This document shows positions 19,543 through 31,952 of a stretch of DNA of 64,000 bases, piece after piece (positions within the stretch are counted from its first letter, which is position 1; every line of letters begins with the position of its first letter). This stretch comes from Ranitomeya imitator (taxonomy: Eukaryota). The DNA is taken from contig NC_091282.1 of assembly GCF_032444005.1 (NCBI RefSeq), positions 802,838,001-802,902,000 on the forward strand, in the 5' to 3' direction. Made by a program: the position numbers and the translations under genes. The notes beneath the pieces were generated by a model, which saw only the letters and a list, made by a program, of their open reading frames with translations, did no database searches and had not been told where the DNA came from.

Positions 19543-22500
19543 TTAGGAGCTCACCAACACGTAGATCATGCTGCAAGAGAAAGATGGAAAGAGGGGATGA
19601 CTACAGGGTGGGCCGACTATTGGTGCTGCTTCAACTGGGGATACAGGGGAGTGTTTCTCTGGTAGATCTCTAACTGTAGGGACATGCTGAGAGTTGTAGT
19701 ATCACAAATTGAAGGACACATAGGTTGCAGATCACTGCCTAAGGACTCCGGTTTATAAAATATACATTGCCCCTTATATCATCGCCCTGGAAGCTTTGCT
19801 TCTTAGATTAAGTGGTCTCATGGACCATCCTGAAGCCTCTGCCATGTGCATTAGATCTGGAGGAGACGTCAACAGGGCGTCAAATATTGGTTTGGGACTG
19901 GAAACCCCAACCCCTGGCAGCTTGTTTTACGCAGGGCTGTGGAGTCGGAGCCCATTATGATGGAGTAGGAGTCAGAGGTTTGGCTTACCGACTCCACAGC
20001 CCTGGTTATACGCAGCCATTCAAGCTCAAGGCTAACAGGGTCTTACAACGTGGCCCGCATTAAAGAGCAGGGAGCCAAACTCCCCACCCCCCTGTGCACT
20101 AATAAGGAATAATGGCAGGGCTTACTGTGATTATACAATCTCTCTACGTTTCTTCCAGTAATTTCCATTTGGATCCCCTCATTAACTGTATGGGTAACTC
20201 CATCTGCAAGCACAGATCCATCCATAGAGAACAAGCTCCAATGTCCGTATATTGCAGACCATAATGCCCAAACTGGCCACAGGCATCGGGACCATGACGC
20301 GACAGTCTCATGGGCATATATGAGGCCATGGTCATGATATACGGACTGAACTCGGGGGGTCTAAGGCAAGGACCCTAAACACAACTTACCCATAAAGATA
20401 GTAGAAAAATGAGAGCAGGTAAAAAGCTAGTTTACACCATCCCTCCTTTTGACAATATGCTAGAATGTCTGCATTCATAATAGTTGTTGGGTCGTAAAGT
20501 CCAGGGCCGCTCATTACAGGCCTGCTCATGTACCTGCAAACGAGAGAGAGGACAGTGCACAGCGTCACATTAAACTGAAAATTACCAAAATAGTGAGAAT
20601 AAAACCGTAACACAACATTGCACAGGATCAGAAAATTCAGCGATGTTTTCACTGGTAACCAGGGTAAACATCGGGTTACTAAGCGCAGGGCCGCGCTTAG
20701 CAACCCGATGTTTACCCTGGTTACCAGTGTAAATGTAAAAAAAACCAAACACTTCATACTTACATTCCGGTGTCTGTCGCGTCCCCGGCGTTCTGCTTCC
20801 CTGCACTGTCAGCGCCGGCCAGCCGTAAAGCAGATCCGCTCTGCTTTACCGCCAGCCGGCGCTCACAGTCAGTGCAGGAAAGCACAGCGACGGGGGACAG
20901 ACACCGGAATGTAAGTATGTAGTGTTTTTTTTTTTTTTACATTAGCACTGGTAACCAGGGTAAACATCGGGTTACTAAGTGCGGCCCTGCGCTTAGTAAC
21001 CCGATGTTTACCCTGGTTACCAGGGGACTTCGCATAGTTGGTCGCTGGAGAGCTGTCTGTGTGACAGCTCTCCAGCGACGCTGCAGTGATCGGGATCGTT
21101 GTCTAGATCGCTGCAGCGTCGCTAAATGTGACGGTACCTTTATGGAAAAAGTGAACTCAAATTAAGTGGTAGAAACTGACACATTGAAACAAATCTCATC
21201 CACACTACAGAAATTGATATGGAGGCGAGTGTTTTTTTTTATAATAACTTTGCAATCTCATGCACTTTGTTGTTACGGTTCTGTACTTTTCCACCTAAAA
21301 TCAGGGCAGAAAATCTGCAACAACGTGAACATTAATTCTGTCATGTATTCTACAATATTAACTCCCTTCTTTGTGACACAGTCTAGGCCAAAATCACCAA
21401 TTGACTACAGGATTTGTCGCTGACTTGTGAAGAAACTCGTATCATATTTTTGCCATTGTCAGGCCCTCAGCAGTGATGGACGAACAGGAGACAAAAAAAA
21501 AAAAAAAAAAAAACAGGTCACGTTTACACAATGGTTGGTAAAAATACCTACAACGCTATGGATTTTCCACATCCTCCACAAAAACAAGCATCATATTCTG
21601 TCGTAGGATTGTCAGACATGAGGGCAAATCATAATTATTATACATTACCTCCAAATGTGGTACGCCAAGAGTGGCATGTTTAATCCGAGCGTTAACCACT
21701 CTGCAGCACAAAGGAACATGACACAGAAGAAGGCATGGATGAGGTACTCGGGAAGCACAAGCTGCAAGAGAAGGAACATTTCCGTCAATGCCATACTGTG
21801 CCAGGACACTGGAGCAGACCCTCGGTGCAGACCCTCAGTGCACAGCCCCTTTCTCCATCACACACTGCAGCGGCCATCGACAGGAAACTAGAATGTGCCG
21901 GAAAGTAAAAACGGAGGGTAGAGGGGTGGAAAGTGGCAGTAGTACCTCCAATGTCATTGGAGGATGTTAGGGGTTTCCTTTTTATTCCCATATTTGCAAG
22001 TTACTATACCCACAAGATAATGGATACCTCGCAGATCTCAGGGGTCCTACTGCTTCACGCTCCTCCACTCAAGATTGGGGCTCAGAGACCCCAAATATGA
22101 GTGCACCATCGTTCCATTGTTTGCACTGTCGTCAATGGGGCCACTAAACAGTGCATAAAAACAAGACATCACCGTGCATTTATAGCTACGGTCACAAGTG
22201 CGTATTACGTGGTCTGTACTCGGACCACAATGACCAGACCAACCCTGAAATAACAAATACGAGCTGGTGAGTGCAGCTCAGGAGACCGAGGTTGGTCCGG
22301 GCATTACGGTTCGTATACAGACTAATACATTTGTTGTGAACAGCGCCTGAGACCTAGTCTGACGGAACAATCGTTTACTGTCCAACGAATTCTGATTAAT
22401 AGATTTGCTCTGTCCCCGTACAGCATCATGCCTGCAGCCCATGCCGTCTTCTTATGGGGGGTAAAGTGCTTATTTAGGGGGCACACTCATCCTGTGGGGT

Positions 22501-25500
22501 CACAGCGAGTGAGGCGATTGGGGCTTATGCACACGGAGGGTCTACACGCTCGCATCCTGATAACCCGCCGACACTACGTGCTGTCGCTCATTCCTGCCTA
22601 CAATACACCGGAGCAGTGGGGGAAGGATGAATTTCTTACTTCTGGAGAAACAATAAGTGATGGTGCCTGAAGTGGCAGAGATCTCTACAAGAACATTATG
22701 TCACTGACCGCCGAGAAGATCTGCAACGTGTTACATTATGTGGACTCTATAGAATCACAGACATTTCTCGTCTGAAAACCAGGAGACTTACAAATCTCCA
22801 ATACACCTCCGAAGAAAGCAAAATAAAAGCAGCCTTATACTGCAGAGCTGCACTCGCAATTCAGCTGGCTTTAGCACTGAAGTCTCACCAGTATCTGATC
22901 TTAGGTAGTTAGTCTCTGCTTGCTCTGGCGATTTGCATGTCACTAGGCACCGAATGGCAATATGACACCTGACGAGGACGCGCCATTTATAGCTGCCTCA
23001 GTGCAAAAAGCCTCAAATTGTACAACTGTGTGCAAATTTGGGGCAGATGCATCCTACATAAATCAATGGATGAGGAACATGATTGGGCCTCATTCTGTGG
23101 TCAGATTCTGCACCCGTATGCAAGGTGTATGAGTACATGGACCCAGTCACTGGTCTGAGGAGGCCTTTCTTAAAGTAAAGGGTGAGTGCACACATCTGAC
23201 GTGCACGGCCTGAACTCAGTCTCATTCATGTATATGGGTCAGGGGAGCAACCATCATGGTCACTTAGAAGTGAGGCCAAAACATATCTTCCTTCCATTCC
23301 TCCATTCCAATCTAGGACATTGGTGAACAAAGTCCACTGCACGGGTATTGTAGGGCATCAATGCACTCAAACCAGGTGGAAACCCAAGTCCTGGTGGAAT
23401 ACCCCTTTAAATCTAAACCTCAGATGCAGGATTATCTGGTCTGGACACGCAAATGGTTAATGATTGCAGCAGTTCATATGGGGCCCTGTAATACAGGAAC
23501 AGCTGGAGAGGCGGAAAGGGCTTAATCCAGCTGCCCAGGCCCCGTAATCTCTGCAGATGCGACGACTGAGCTGCCATGAACATCAGGCGAGGCATCGGCC
23601 GGGATCAAGCTCATCTACCACGGAAATACTTGGCGCAATCCCCGGAGTCGTGCACATTCCTGTGTCAATATCACACACGCTTTCCATGCATGTTAATAAC
23701 CTCACGGTGAATAATAGGATGGGTGACGTGAATGCACAAGCGACGTCAGGTCCGCATTTATAACAGGTGTGACGATGACGAGGGATCGGGACAAACTGTG
23801 AAATGCCTTCTGTAGCAATAGTGTGTGGTGTGCAGGGGGGATCAGCAGGGGGCAATTTGGTCTAAAAAACAAAAAAGATGGAAAAGTAGGTCCCGGTCTA
23901 TAATCTTCGTATATGGAGACTTTCTGGCGCCGTCTACTACACTTTGCGTTGCAGTTGATCATTTTTCGAAATATATGCCTGCTGTAAGTGACAATCATTG
24001 CTCAGAGTCAGGGCAAAAAAAAAAAATTTAGGTTGAGCAAAAAGATTTTTCTATCAACTCTATCCAGCATTGTTCTTTCATAGGGACGTGCAGTCAATTA
24101 CTACAGGGACATTTATTTTTTTTATTTAAATGCATGTATTTTGGGTTATATTTTGCAGTTGGGGATTCAAACGTTTAGCTTTTCCAATGTCTTTAGCTCG
24201 CTCTCTGTGCGGAGTGTCTAATTCTTTTATCTGGCTTTTACTGAGCTCTCTGCCAATTTATGACCCGATCAAATGTGCAGATAAAGCAAAAAGTCTGGAA
24301 AAGCCAAAAAGTGCTAAATGTGTAATGTAACCCAACTGCAAAAATCATAGTTAGCATTTAAGTTAAAATAAAAAAAATAATAATGAGCCCTTGAAGGCGG
24401 CCATATCCTTTAAACATGAGCACCACATTATCTGGATAAAGGTCTTTCTCTTTTTTTTTGCTTATTAAAGGAGAACTCCGAAGGCAGATAACAGTTTTTC
24501 TTGCACGGCAGCAGGCAAAGATCAAGTTCTTCCACGTGAGAAGATGAACAAACTATACGGAAATCTGAGGATGCGGATGGATCAGGCACAAAAAGATATA
24601 GATATGATGGAGGCAGGGGAATATCCACACACACGGGGTCCTAGAACAATGGGGGAGGGTGTACACACCTTCAGTGCACTTTTCACTCTTTTAATCTGTT
24701 TCAGCTTTTCAAATGTCTTTGTTTGCGACAAAGTAAAAAGCAGATTGAGAGACGTTAGTGTGAGAGATTCACAGCCAGAAAACGTACTATACATCCCAGC
24801 TTGTCCGCACAATACAGGGGCCGTCCCACTTAGCAGGAGCTGAAGACTACAAGCACTATTTATTATTATTTTATTTTTTTAAGAGGAATATTGCAGGTTC
24901 CACTTTCCAAATGTGTAATGTGATTAAACAGCTATAGACACCGCCATCCTGGGGGGGAAGAGAGAGAGTTATCCCCACACCAGCAGGACACGCTCCAAGT
25001 CAGACCCTTGGGACCCCACTGATCCTCAGCAGGATTTAGTGCTGCACCTCCTTCCTACGTTTTCCCTGCATTGCTGTAGATCATGTTCCCGATGCAGCAC
25101 AGCTCCAGCCATGAAATGGAGCCGGGAGCAGCATCACCGAGCAAAGAAAGGGACTTCAGAAAATTAACAATTGTTTAGGTTTTTGTGTGTCCTATCAGTT
25201 TATTAAAAATACAAATAAGAAATCTTGCAATTTTCACACCAGCCAGGGGGATTTATTTTTAGACATTTCCTGTACTTTCAGGAAATGCACATGTACATTA
25301 GCCACAATGATCAGACTCTGACCCCATATTTTGCATTGAAGCATCTAATGAGCGGGTGCAAAAATCAATGTGATAGAAGGTGACCTCAATTATGAGTGGT
25401 GGATCCTGTGTCATCTAATGTATATAGAGGTGTTATCAGTCATTGTACAGGAGGAGGTGAGCTGTGATATCACCTATTGTGAATGGTGGATCCTGTGTTA

Positions 25501-28379
25501 TCTACTGTATATAGAGGTGTTATCAGTCATTGTACAGGAGGAGGAGATCTGTAACATAATCTATTGTGAATGGCGGATCCTGTGTTACCTACTGTATATA
25601 GAGGTGTTATCAGTCATTGTACAGGAGGAGGCGGTGAGCTGTGACACCACCTATTGTGAGTGGTGGATCCTGTGTTATCTACTGTATGTAGAGGTGTTAT
25701 CAGTCATTGTACAGGAGGAGGAGGAGAGCTGTGACACCACCTTTTGTGAATGGTGGATCCTGTGTTATCTACTGTATGTAGAGGTGTTATCAGTCATTGT
25801 ACAGGAGGAGGAGGTGAGCTGTGACACCACCTGTTGTGAATGGTGGATCCTGTGTTATCTACTGTATATAGAGGTGTTATCAGTCATTGTACAGGAGGTG
25901 GTGATCTGTGACATCACCTATTATGAATGGTGGATCCTTTATTATTTACTGTATATAAAAGTGTTATCAGTCATTATACAGGAGGAGGGGGTGAGCTGTG
26001 ACATCACCTATTGTGAATCGTGGATCCTGTGTTATCTATTGTATATAGACGTGTTATCAGTCATTGTACAGGAGGAGGGGGTGAGCTGTGACATCCCCCT
26101 ATTGTGAATGGGGGATCCTGTGTTATCAGCTGTATATAAACTTGCAATCAGTCATTGTACAGGAGGAGGAAGAAGTGAGCTGAGATATTATTGTGAATGG
26201 AGGATCCTGGGTTATCAGCAGTATATAAAGGTCACTGTAGTCCTGCTTCTGATATGCAAACTGGTTAAAACGTTTCCTGAAAGGATAGGAAATAGAAGTG
26301 TACGGCCGGGTGCAAACGATCCAGAGCTAGCAGCGCTTAGGATGCAGCACATGATCGCTGCGTCCAAAGTGCTGCCATCTATTGAACGCAGGTAAATCCG
26401 TCCGCATGTGTTCTCTGAACCGTGAGGATTCACAGCGTCCAATACATTCTATTAATGTAATTTCTGTTGTGGAGACGCACCGCTTGCCCGTCTCTGCGGG
26501 TGAGCCTCAGGTGTCACCGCATGCATAGTGGACATGAGATTTCTTGAAATCCCATCCACTATGCTTAACATCTGGACACTGTGGGTTGCACAAATACGCA
26601 GCCTCAAACCGGCAGAAACTCTGGATCAAGGGCATATACACTAAAATCATGGATGGATAGATAGATAGATATGGGATAGATAGATATTAGATAGATCGAT
26701 AGATATGGGATAGATAGATATTAGATAGATACACACACAAAATATTTTAAAAGGACATTAAACACATAAACCTGATCTCAAGGATCCTTTGCTGTTCTCA
26801 GGATGCGGGGGTCCCAAGGGTCAGACAGCAGCCGAACAGTGAGGGCACGTCTTGGGAGAGATTAGACTTCCTTTTGAGCACTAAAAGGTTGGGGAACTAC
26901 AATTTCAAACCTTCTGCCATTGTTAGTGGAGATTTCCTCAGCCTTTTGGGGTGCGACTAATGTCAGGAGAGCGTGAATCCCCTCAGTCCAGAGCTCAGTG
27001 TATGTAGTGACAATAATAGGGCCGGGATAGGGTCAGTGGGGCTCCAGGTCATCCGGCCTCTCCCTTACAGACATAATGCGGGACAGAAGCGGCAGACCAT
27101 ACTAGCTCCACTGCTAAGAGGGACGGCTCCTCGGTCGTGACCACAACTCCCATCACTGCAAAGTGCAACTGATGACACAGACCGTCAGGACAAGAAAGGG
27201 GAACGAGCGTCGCCCGTAACTTACAGGATTGAGCGTGTTACACTGGTCTATCGGGTTCTTGTAGTCCGTCTTCAGTTCATCAAATGCAATAATCTGGGGG
27301 AAAGAAATCCAGGATTAATGTACAGGAAGAAGTCTGCCCCTCATGGAACACTTGGCCCTGTGCGCCCCATTCACACCTGTGGATTTAGGTGGCCGGATCT
27401 GCTCCCGGTCTGTGGGTGGATACGCCCTGCTTCACACATACTAATGACATCCTGACCTACATACACCGGTGTGAATGAGGCCGTGGGGTGGGGTCGTCTC
27501 CCCGCACCTCATGCAGGTGTGCACTGTTTGGGCTTAGACCCTTTATCTTTTCAGCTTACGGTTTGATAATATACACAAGTTAGAGGTGCATTATACATGT
27601 GCACCGGGTCTCTGGGGGGACACTGCCGGTTTCCACATCAGTGGGTTCTGCAAAATCCGTCTGGGGGTGCCGAGTCTGGATGTAACCCGCAGTACAGATC
27701 AGTCTATATAATCCGTTATACAGGGAGGACCACAAGTGCCAGGATGCAAGTAGCTGGAAGGCAGTGCCTGCTGCGGAGAAAGCGGCAGCTCCCAAGCTCT
27801 AGATGTCAGGTCACAACAGCTGTGGACACCTGGTTATTAACATGCACAACAAACTATCCTGACAGCAGGAGGAGATCACTAACAGAAAGCAGAGGGAAAG
27901 GATGGGCGAGCTGCCGATTGCCCTATAATAAACCCATCAGACCACCTGCGGAGCAGACAATAGGACTACAAGTCCCAGAATTAAATCCTATAGCTTTATT
28001 AGGATTGAACTACAAATCCCAGGATGCCAAGCTGGCAATAGACTATGAGACCAGAGCTCCATGCCTTATATTCGTATTCCACGGTCAGAGAGTGAAGAAC
28101 TACAAGTCCCAGCCAGGAGTGACCGGCAGCGACGGTCATCGTTATGTAACAAGTGGACTGCGAAGTGCAAGCGCCAAGGGCATTGCATGCTGGGAGTTGT
28201 AGTTCTGAGAGCAGCAGAGAGGAAATCGAGGTGGAGGTGTGAGGCTTGTACTGGGAAGGAAGGGAGCAGCCAGCTCAGCACTGCCGCCGGATACTTACGT
28301 GCCAGATAGCGAAGAAGATGAGCGCGGCCGTGAGCAGCAGAGCCAGCATGTAGCAGAAGGCCGCGAACGTGAACGCCAT
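19543..28379 (-). CDS. CNIH1: Protein cornichon homolog 1, complete, 144 aa
   Basis: Exons 28379-28299 ([27 protein letters not shown]), 27293-27225 ([23 protein letters not shown]), 21761-21649 ([38 protein letters not shown]), 20533-20390 ([48 protein letters not shown]) and 19570-19543 (MIYVLVSS*). All introns GT-AG; total 435 nt. Confidence 0.98.
19932..20004. mobile_element. 73-bp hAT-type mini-MITE
   Basis: CAGGGCTGTGGAGTCGG ... CCGACTCCACAGCCCTG with 8-bp flanks GTTTTACG/GTTATACG (7/8). A related partial copy starts near 46801. Confidence 0.75.
20637..21139. mobile_element. Left-truncated copy of the fold-back Harbinger-type MITE family in CNIH1 intron 3
   Basis: Same internal hairpins as 108-830; intact right end GTGACGGTACCT|TTA. 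Confidence 0.8.
25395..26230. repeat. Minisatellite, 87-90 bp unit, about 9 copies
   Basis: Repeated GAGCTGTGACATCACCTATTGTGAATGGTGGATCCTGTGTTATCTACTGTATATAGAGGTGTTATCAGTCATTGTACAGGAGGAG; explains ORF 25370-26107. Confidence 0.9.
27965..28203. promoter_or_regulatory. Cluster of four ACTACAnnTCCCAG (ZNF143/THAP11 SBS-type) motifs in CNIH1 intron 1
   Basis: 27965-27978, 28009-28022 and 28099-28112 on plus; 28190-28203 on minus (full ACTACAACTCCCAGCATGC). Confidence 0.55.
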
Positions 28380-28620
28380 GTTCCGTCCGGGGGGCGCGGG
28401 GACTGCTGGGAATAATCATTCACCGGGTGCTCTGCTGGGCAGGACCGCGCACGTAACGCCGACGTGAGAGGCGGGGCCGAGCGCGACACCCAGAGATGAA
28501 GGCGGGGCCGCGCGCTCTGTGGTCAGCTGACTGCTCGGGCGCTACCAAGTGATGGTACTGGTGGGGGGGCAGTCACGTGACTACATGTCTGATTATAATA
28601 ACCTTACACAGCGCGTCTTT
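28380..28620 (-). promoter_or_regulatory. CNIH1 CpG-rich 5' UTR/promoter
   Basis: CpG-dense region upstream of the ATG; GC-box-like GGCGGGGC near 28470 and 28501; perfect GTCACGTGAC E-box at 28572-28581. Confidence 0.6.
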
Positions 28621-29224
28621 GAAAAACCATACTGGCGGTTTCTTTAGTGGGTGGAGTTTACAGAGAAAAGTCCAGAAGACTCAAAAAAGACGCCACAAGA
28701 ATGCTAAACAGAAATCGGAAACGTCAAAAAAAAAGTCTGAGGAGACAAGCCGTCATAGCTGGATCTTGTCAGACAGGTCTTGTGGCTACACACTTTTACA
28801 ATTTACTGCCTATTAAAATTTTCATCTATTCTTCATGTGTTGACACTTTGGTTACAGCTTGTTGCCTAGGAAACCGACCACCACTACTGTCTAGCTTGTA
28901 AGCGCTGCTCTGAGCACTGCTGTGGCCGAGCGTGGTCGGTAACGGTGCTCTCCGGCAATCTTTACAGGCTTCAACACTGCGCTTACAGGCACATTAGAAA
29001 AGAGTTTGTAAGCGCTGCACATGTTCTGCTTTCTAGCCGCGGTGGTCGTCTCCCAAGACAACAAGCTGTAGCCTAAAAGTGTTAATATCTTATAAGCGGC
29101 TGAATATTTTAATAAGAAGTAAATTGCAGAATTGCTGGTCTCTACAGGCGCTAGCCAACAATAACCAATATGAGGAATAAACGCATAAAGAAGAGAATTG
29201 TGATTTATTTAACCTCCACATTGC

Positions 29225-30587
29225 ACTAAAAAGTGATGGACTGACCACATGTAGAACTGCTCTAACTGAAGAGAACCAGGTGTGGGCACTGAAAAGTGAT
29301 GGAGTGACCACATGTAGAACTGCTCTAACTGAAGAGAACCAGGTGTGGGCACTGAAAAGTGATGGAGTGACCACATGGAGAACTGCTCTAACTGAAGAGA
29401 ACCAGGTGTGGGCACTGAAAAGTGATGGAGTGACCACACGGAGAACTGCTCTAACTGAAGAGAACCAGGTGTGGGCCCTGAAAAGTGATAGAGCAGTTCT
29501 AAATGTGGTCACTCCATCACTTTTCAGTGCACACACTTGGTTCTCTTCAGTTAGAGCAGTTCTACATGTCGTCACTCCAACTGTAGAGAACCAGGTGTGG
29601 GTACTGAAAAGTGATGGAGTGACAACAGGTAGGACTGCTCTAACTGTAGAGAACCAGGTGTGAGCACTGAAAAGTGATGGAGTGACCACATGGAGAACTG
29701 CTCTAACTGTAGAGAACCAGGTGTGTGCACTGAAAAGTGATGGAGTGACCACATGGAGAACTGCTCTAACTGTAGAGAACCAGGTGTGTGCACTGAAAAG
29801 TGATGGAGTGACCACATGGAGAACTGCTCTAACTGTAGAGAACCAGGTGTGTGCACTGAAAAGTGATAGAGCAGTTCTCCATGTGGTCACTCCATCACTT
29901 TTCAGTGCACACACCTGGTTCTCTACAGTTAGAGCAGTTCTCCATGTGGTCACTCCATCACTTTTCAGTACCCATACCTGGTTCTCTACAGTTAGAGCAG
30001 TTCTCCATGTGGTCACTCCAACTGTAGAGAACCAGGTATGGGTACTGAAAAGTAATGGAGTGACCACAGGTAGGACTGCTCTAACTGTAGAGAACCAGGT
30101 GTGTGCACTGAAAAGTGATGGAATGTCCACAGGTAGGACTGCTCTAACTGTAGAGAACCAGGTGTGAGCACTGAAAAGTGATGGAATGACCACAGGTAGG
30201 ACTGCTCTAACTGTAAACAGGTGCAGTTATCTGTGATCACTTCATCACTTTTCAGTGCACACACCTGGTTCTCTACAGTGAGAGTAGTCCTACCTGTGGT
30301 CATTCCATCACTTTTCAGTGCACACACCTGTTTACAGTTAGAGCAGTCCTACCTGTGGTCATTCCATCACTTTTCAGTGCACACACACCTGGTTCTCTAC
30401 AGTTATAGCAGTCCCACCTGTGGTCACTCCAGCTGTAGAGAACCAGGTGTGTGAACAGAAAAGTGATGAAGTGACTATAGGTAGGACTGCTCAAACTGTA
30501 GAGAACCAGGTGTGTGCACTGAAAAGTGATGGAATGACCACAGGTAGGACTGCTCTAACTGTAGAGAACCAGGTGTGTGCACTGAAA
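29225..30587. repeat. 63-bp minisatellite with alternating orientation blocks
   Basis: Unit GAGAACCAGGTGTGTGCACTGAAAAGTGATGGAGTGACCACATGGAGAACTGCTCTAACTGTA present in both orientations. Confidence 0.9.
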
Positions 30588-30989
30588 GCAGACTGATCCC
30601 AGCAGAACGTAGGTGAAGTGACCAAACCACAAAGCCCTTTACATCAAGCATTCACCACAACATGGTCTGTCAGTCCTGTGTTAGCACTCCTCCAATTATC
30701 ATCCCTTACAAGACCCTGGAATAATATCAGCATCACATTAATAGTTGCTGGCGATGTAACACAATTTGCCTAATTCAATAGTAGAAGCGCCCATCAGTCA
30801 TCCGGTGCCTCCATACACAAGAGACTGATTGCTGCTACGGCCAGTAGTAATTTAATGTGTATGTAGTGAATATGTCAAAAACTGACCTTGTGTTTCCTCC
30901 CTCCACTAACCTACTGGTGCCCGACATTGCCATTTCCATGAGTGGTTCTACCATTACTCCCCAGCAACATGCCGACTGTTTTGGAGTCA

Positions 30990-31952
30990 TACTTGATTAA
31001 GATCTTTCCTTCACTCCTACATCCAATCACTCACTTGCTCCTGTCACCTACACCTCTAGAATTCGACCTTTTCTTACCTTTGACTCGGCAAAATCTCTTA
31101 TGGTTTCTCTTATTCATTTTTGTCTGGACTATTGTAACTCTCTACTAATCGGTCTCCCTTTTAGCCAAACTCTCTCAGCTCCAATCTGTCCTGAATGCTG
31201 CAGCTGAATCATATTCCTCACCAACCATTACACCGATGCCTCTAGCTTGTGCCAGACATTGCACTGGTTACCCATCCACTCCAGAATTCAATATACCGTA
31301 AACCGATCACTCTCACCCACAAAGCACTCCACGGTTCAACACCACCCTACATCTCCTCCCTCGTCTCAGTCTACCACCATACCCGTGCCCTCTGTTCTGC
31401 TAATGAACTGAGCTTAACATTCTCAATAATCAGAACCTCCCACTCCTGTCTCCAAGGCTTCTCACGTGCTGCGCCAATTCTTTGGAATGCACTACCCAGG
31501 ACAATTTGATTAATCCCCAATACCCACAGTTTTAAGCGTGGCATAAACGCATTTCTTCAGACTAGTCTACTGCCTCAACATATTTAGCTAACTATCCCTG
31601 TTTAGCCCATACAAAATTTCTTCAAAATCATGACACCCAGAGCATCTGTTCACCCCCCATGCACTTAATAGCCCTCTGTACCTGCACTGTACACACACTG
31701 GCTGGTGACCGGTTTATACAGCATTATATGAATACCTATTTTATTGATGGCCAGACCTTACAATACAAGCACCTTTTACCATTTACCTTTCACATCCCCT
31801 CTATTCCTCATAGATTGTAGCTTGTAAGCACGGTCCTCCACCCTCTTGGTATCTGTTGAATTATGTGTTTACTCTGTATTGTCTGTACGAGGTCCCTCTG
31901 AATTGTAAAGTGCTGTGGAACATGTTGGCGCTAAAGAAATAATGATTATTAT
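30990..31952 (+). mobile_element. Old 5'-truncated L2 copy (RT C-terminus plus 3' UTR)
   Basis: Degenerate LTHKALHGSTPPYISSLVSVY...RTSHS...ILWNALP matches the element at 7470-11040 and ends with the TGTAAAGTGCTGTGGAA...ATTATT tail. Confidence 0.8.

Noticed and set aside
25370-26107. 245-aa ORF with a repeated Cys/Trp-rich motif
   Set aside because: Translation of an 87-90 bp minisatellite in CNIH1 intron 2; no gene features
26650-26735. GATA-type microsatellite
   Set aside because: Ordinary short simple repeat with no further structure
29090-30454. Overlapping long ORFs up to 367 aa on both strands
   Set aside because: Products of a stop-poor 63-bp tandem repeat present in both orientations
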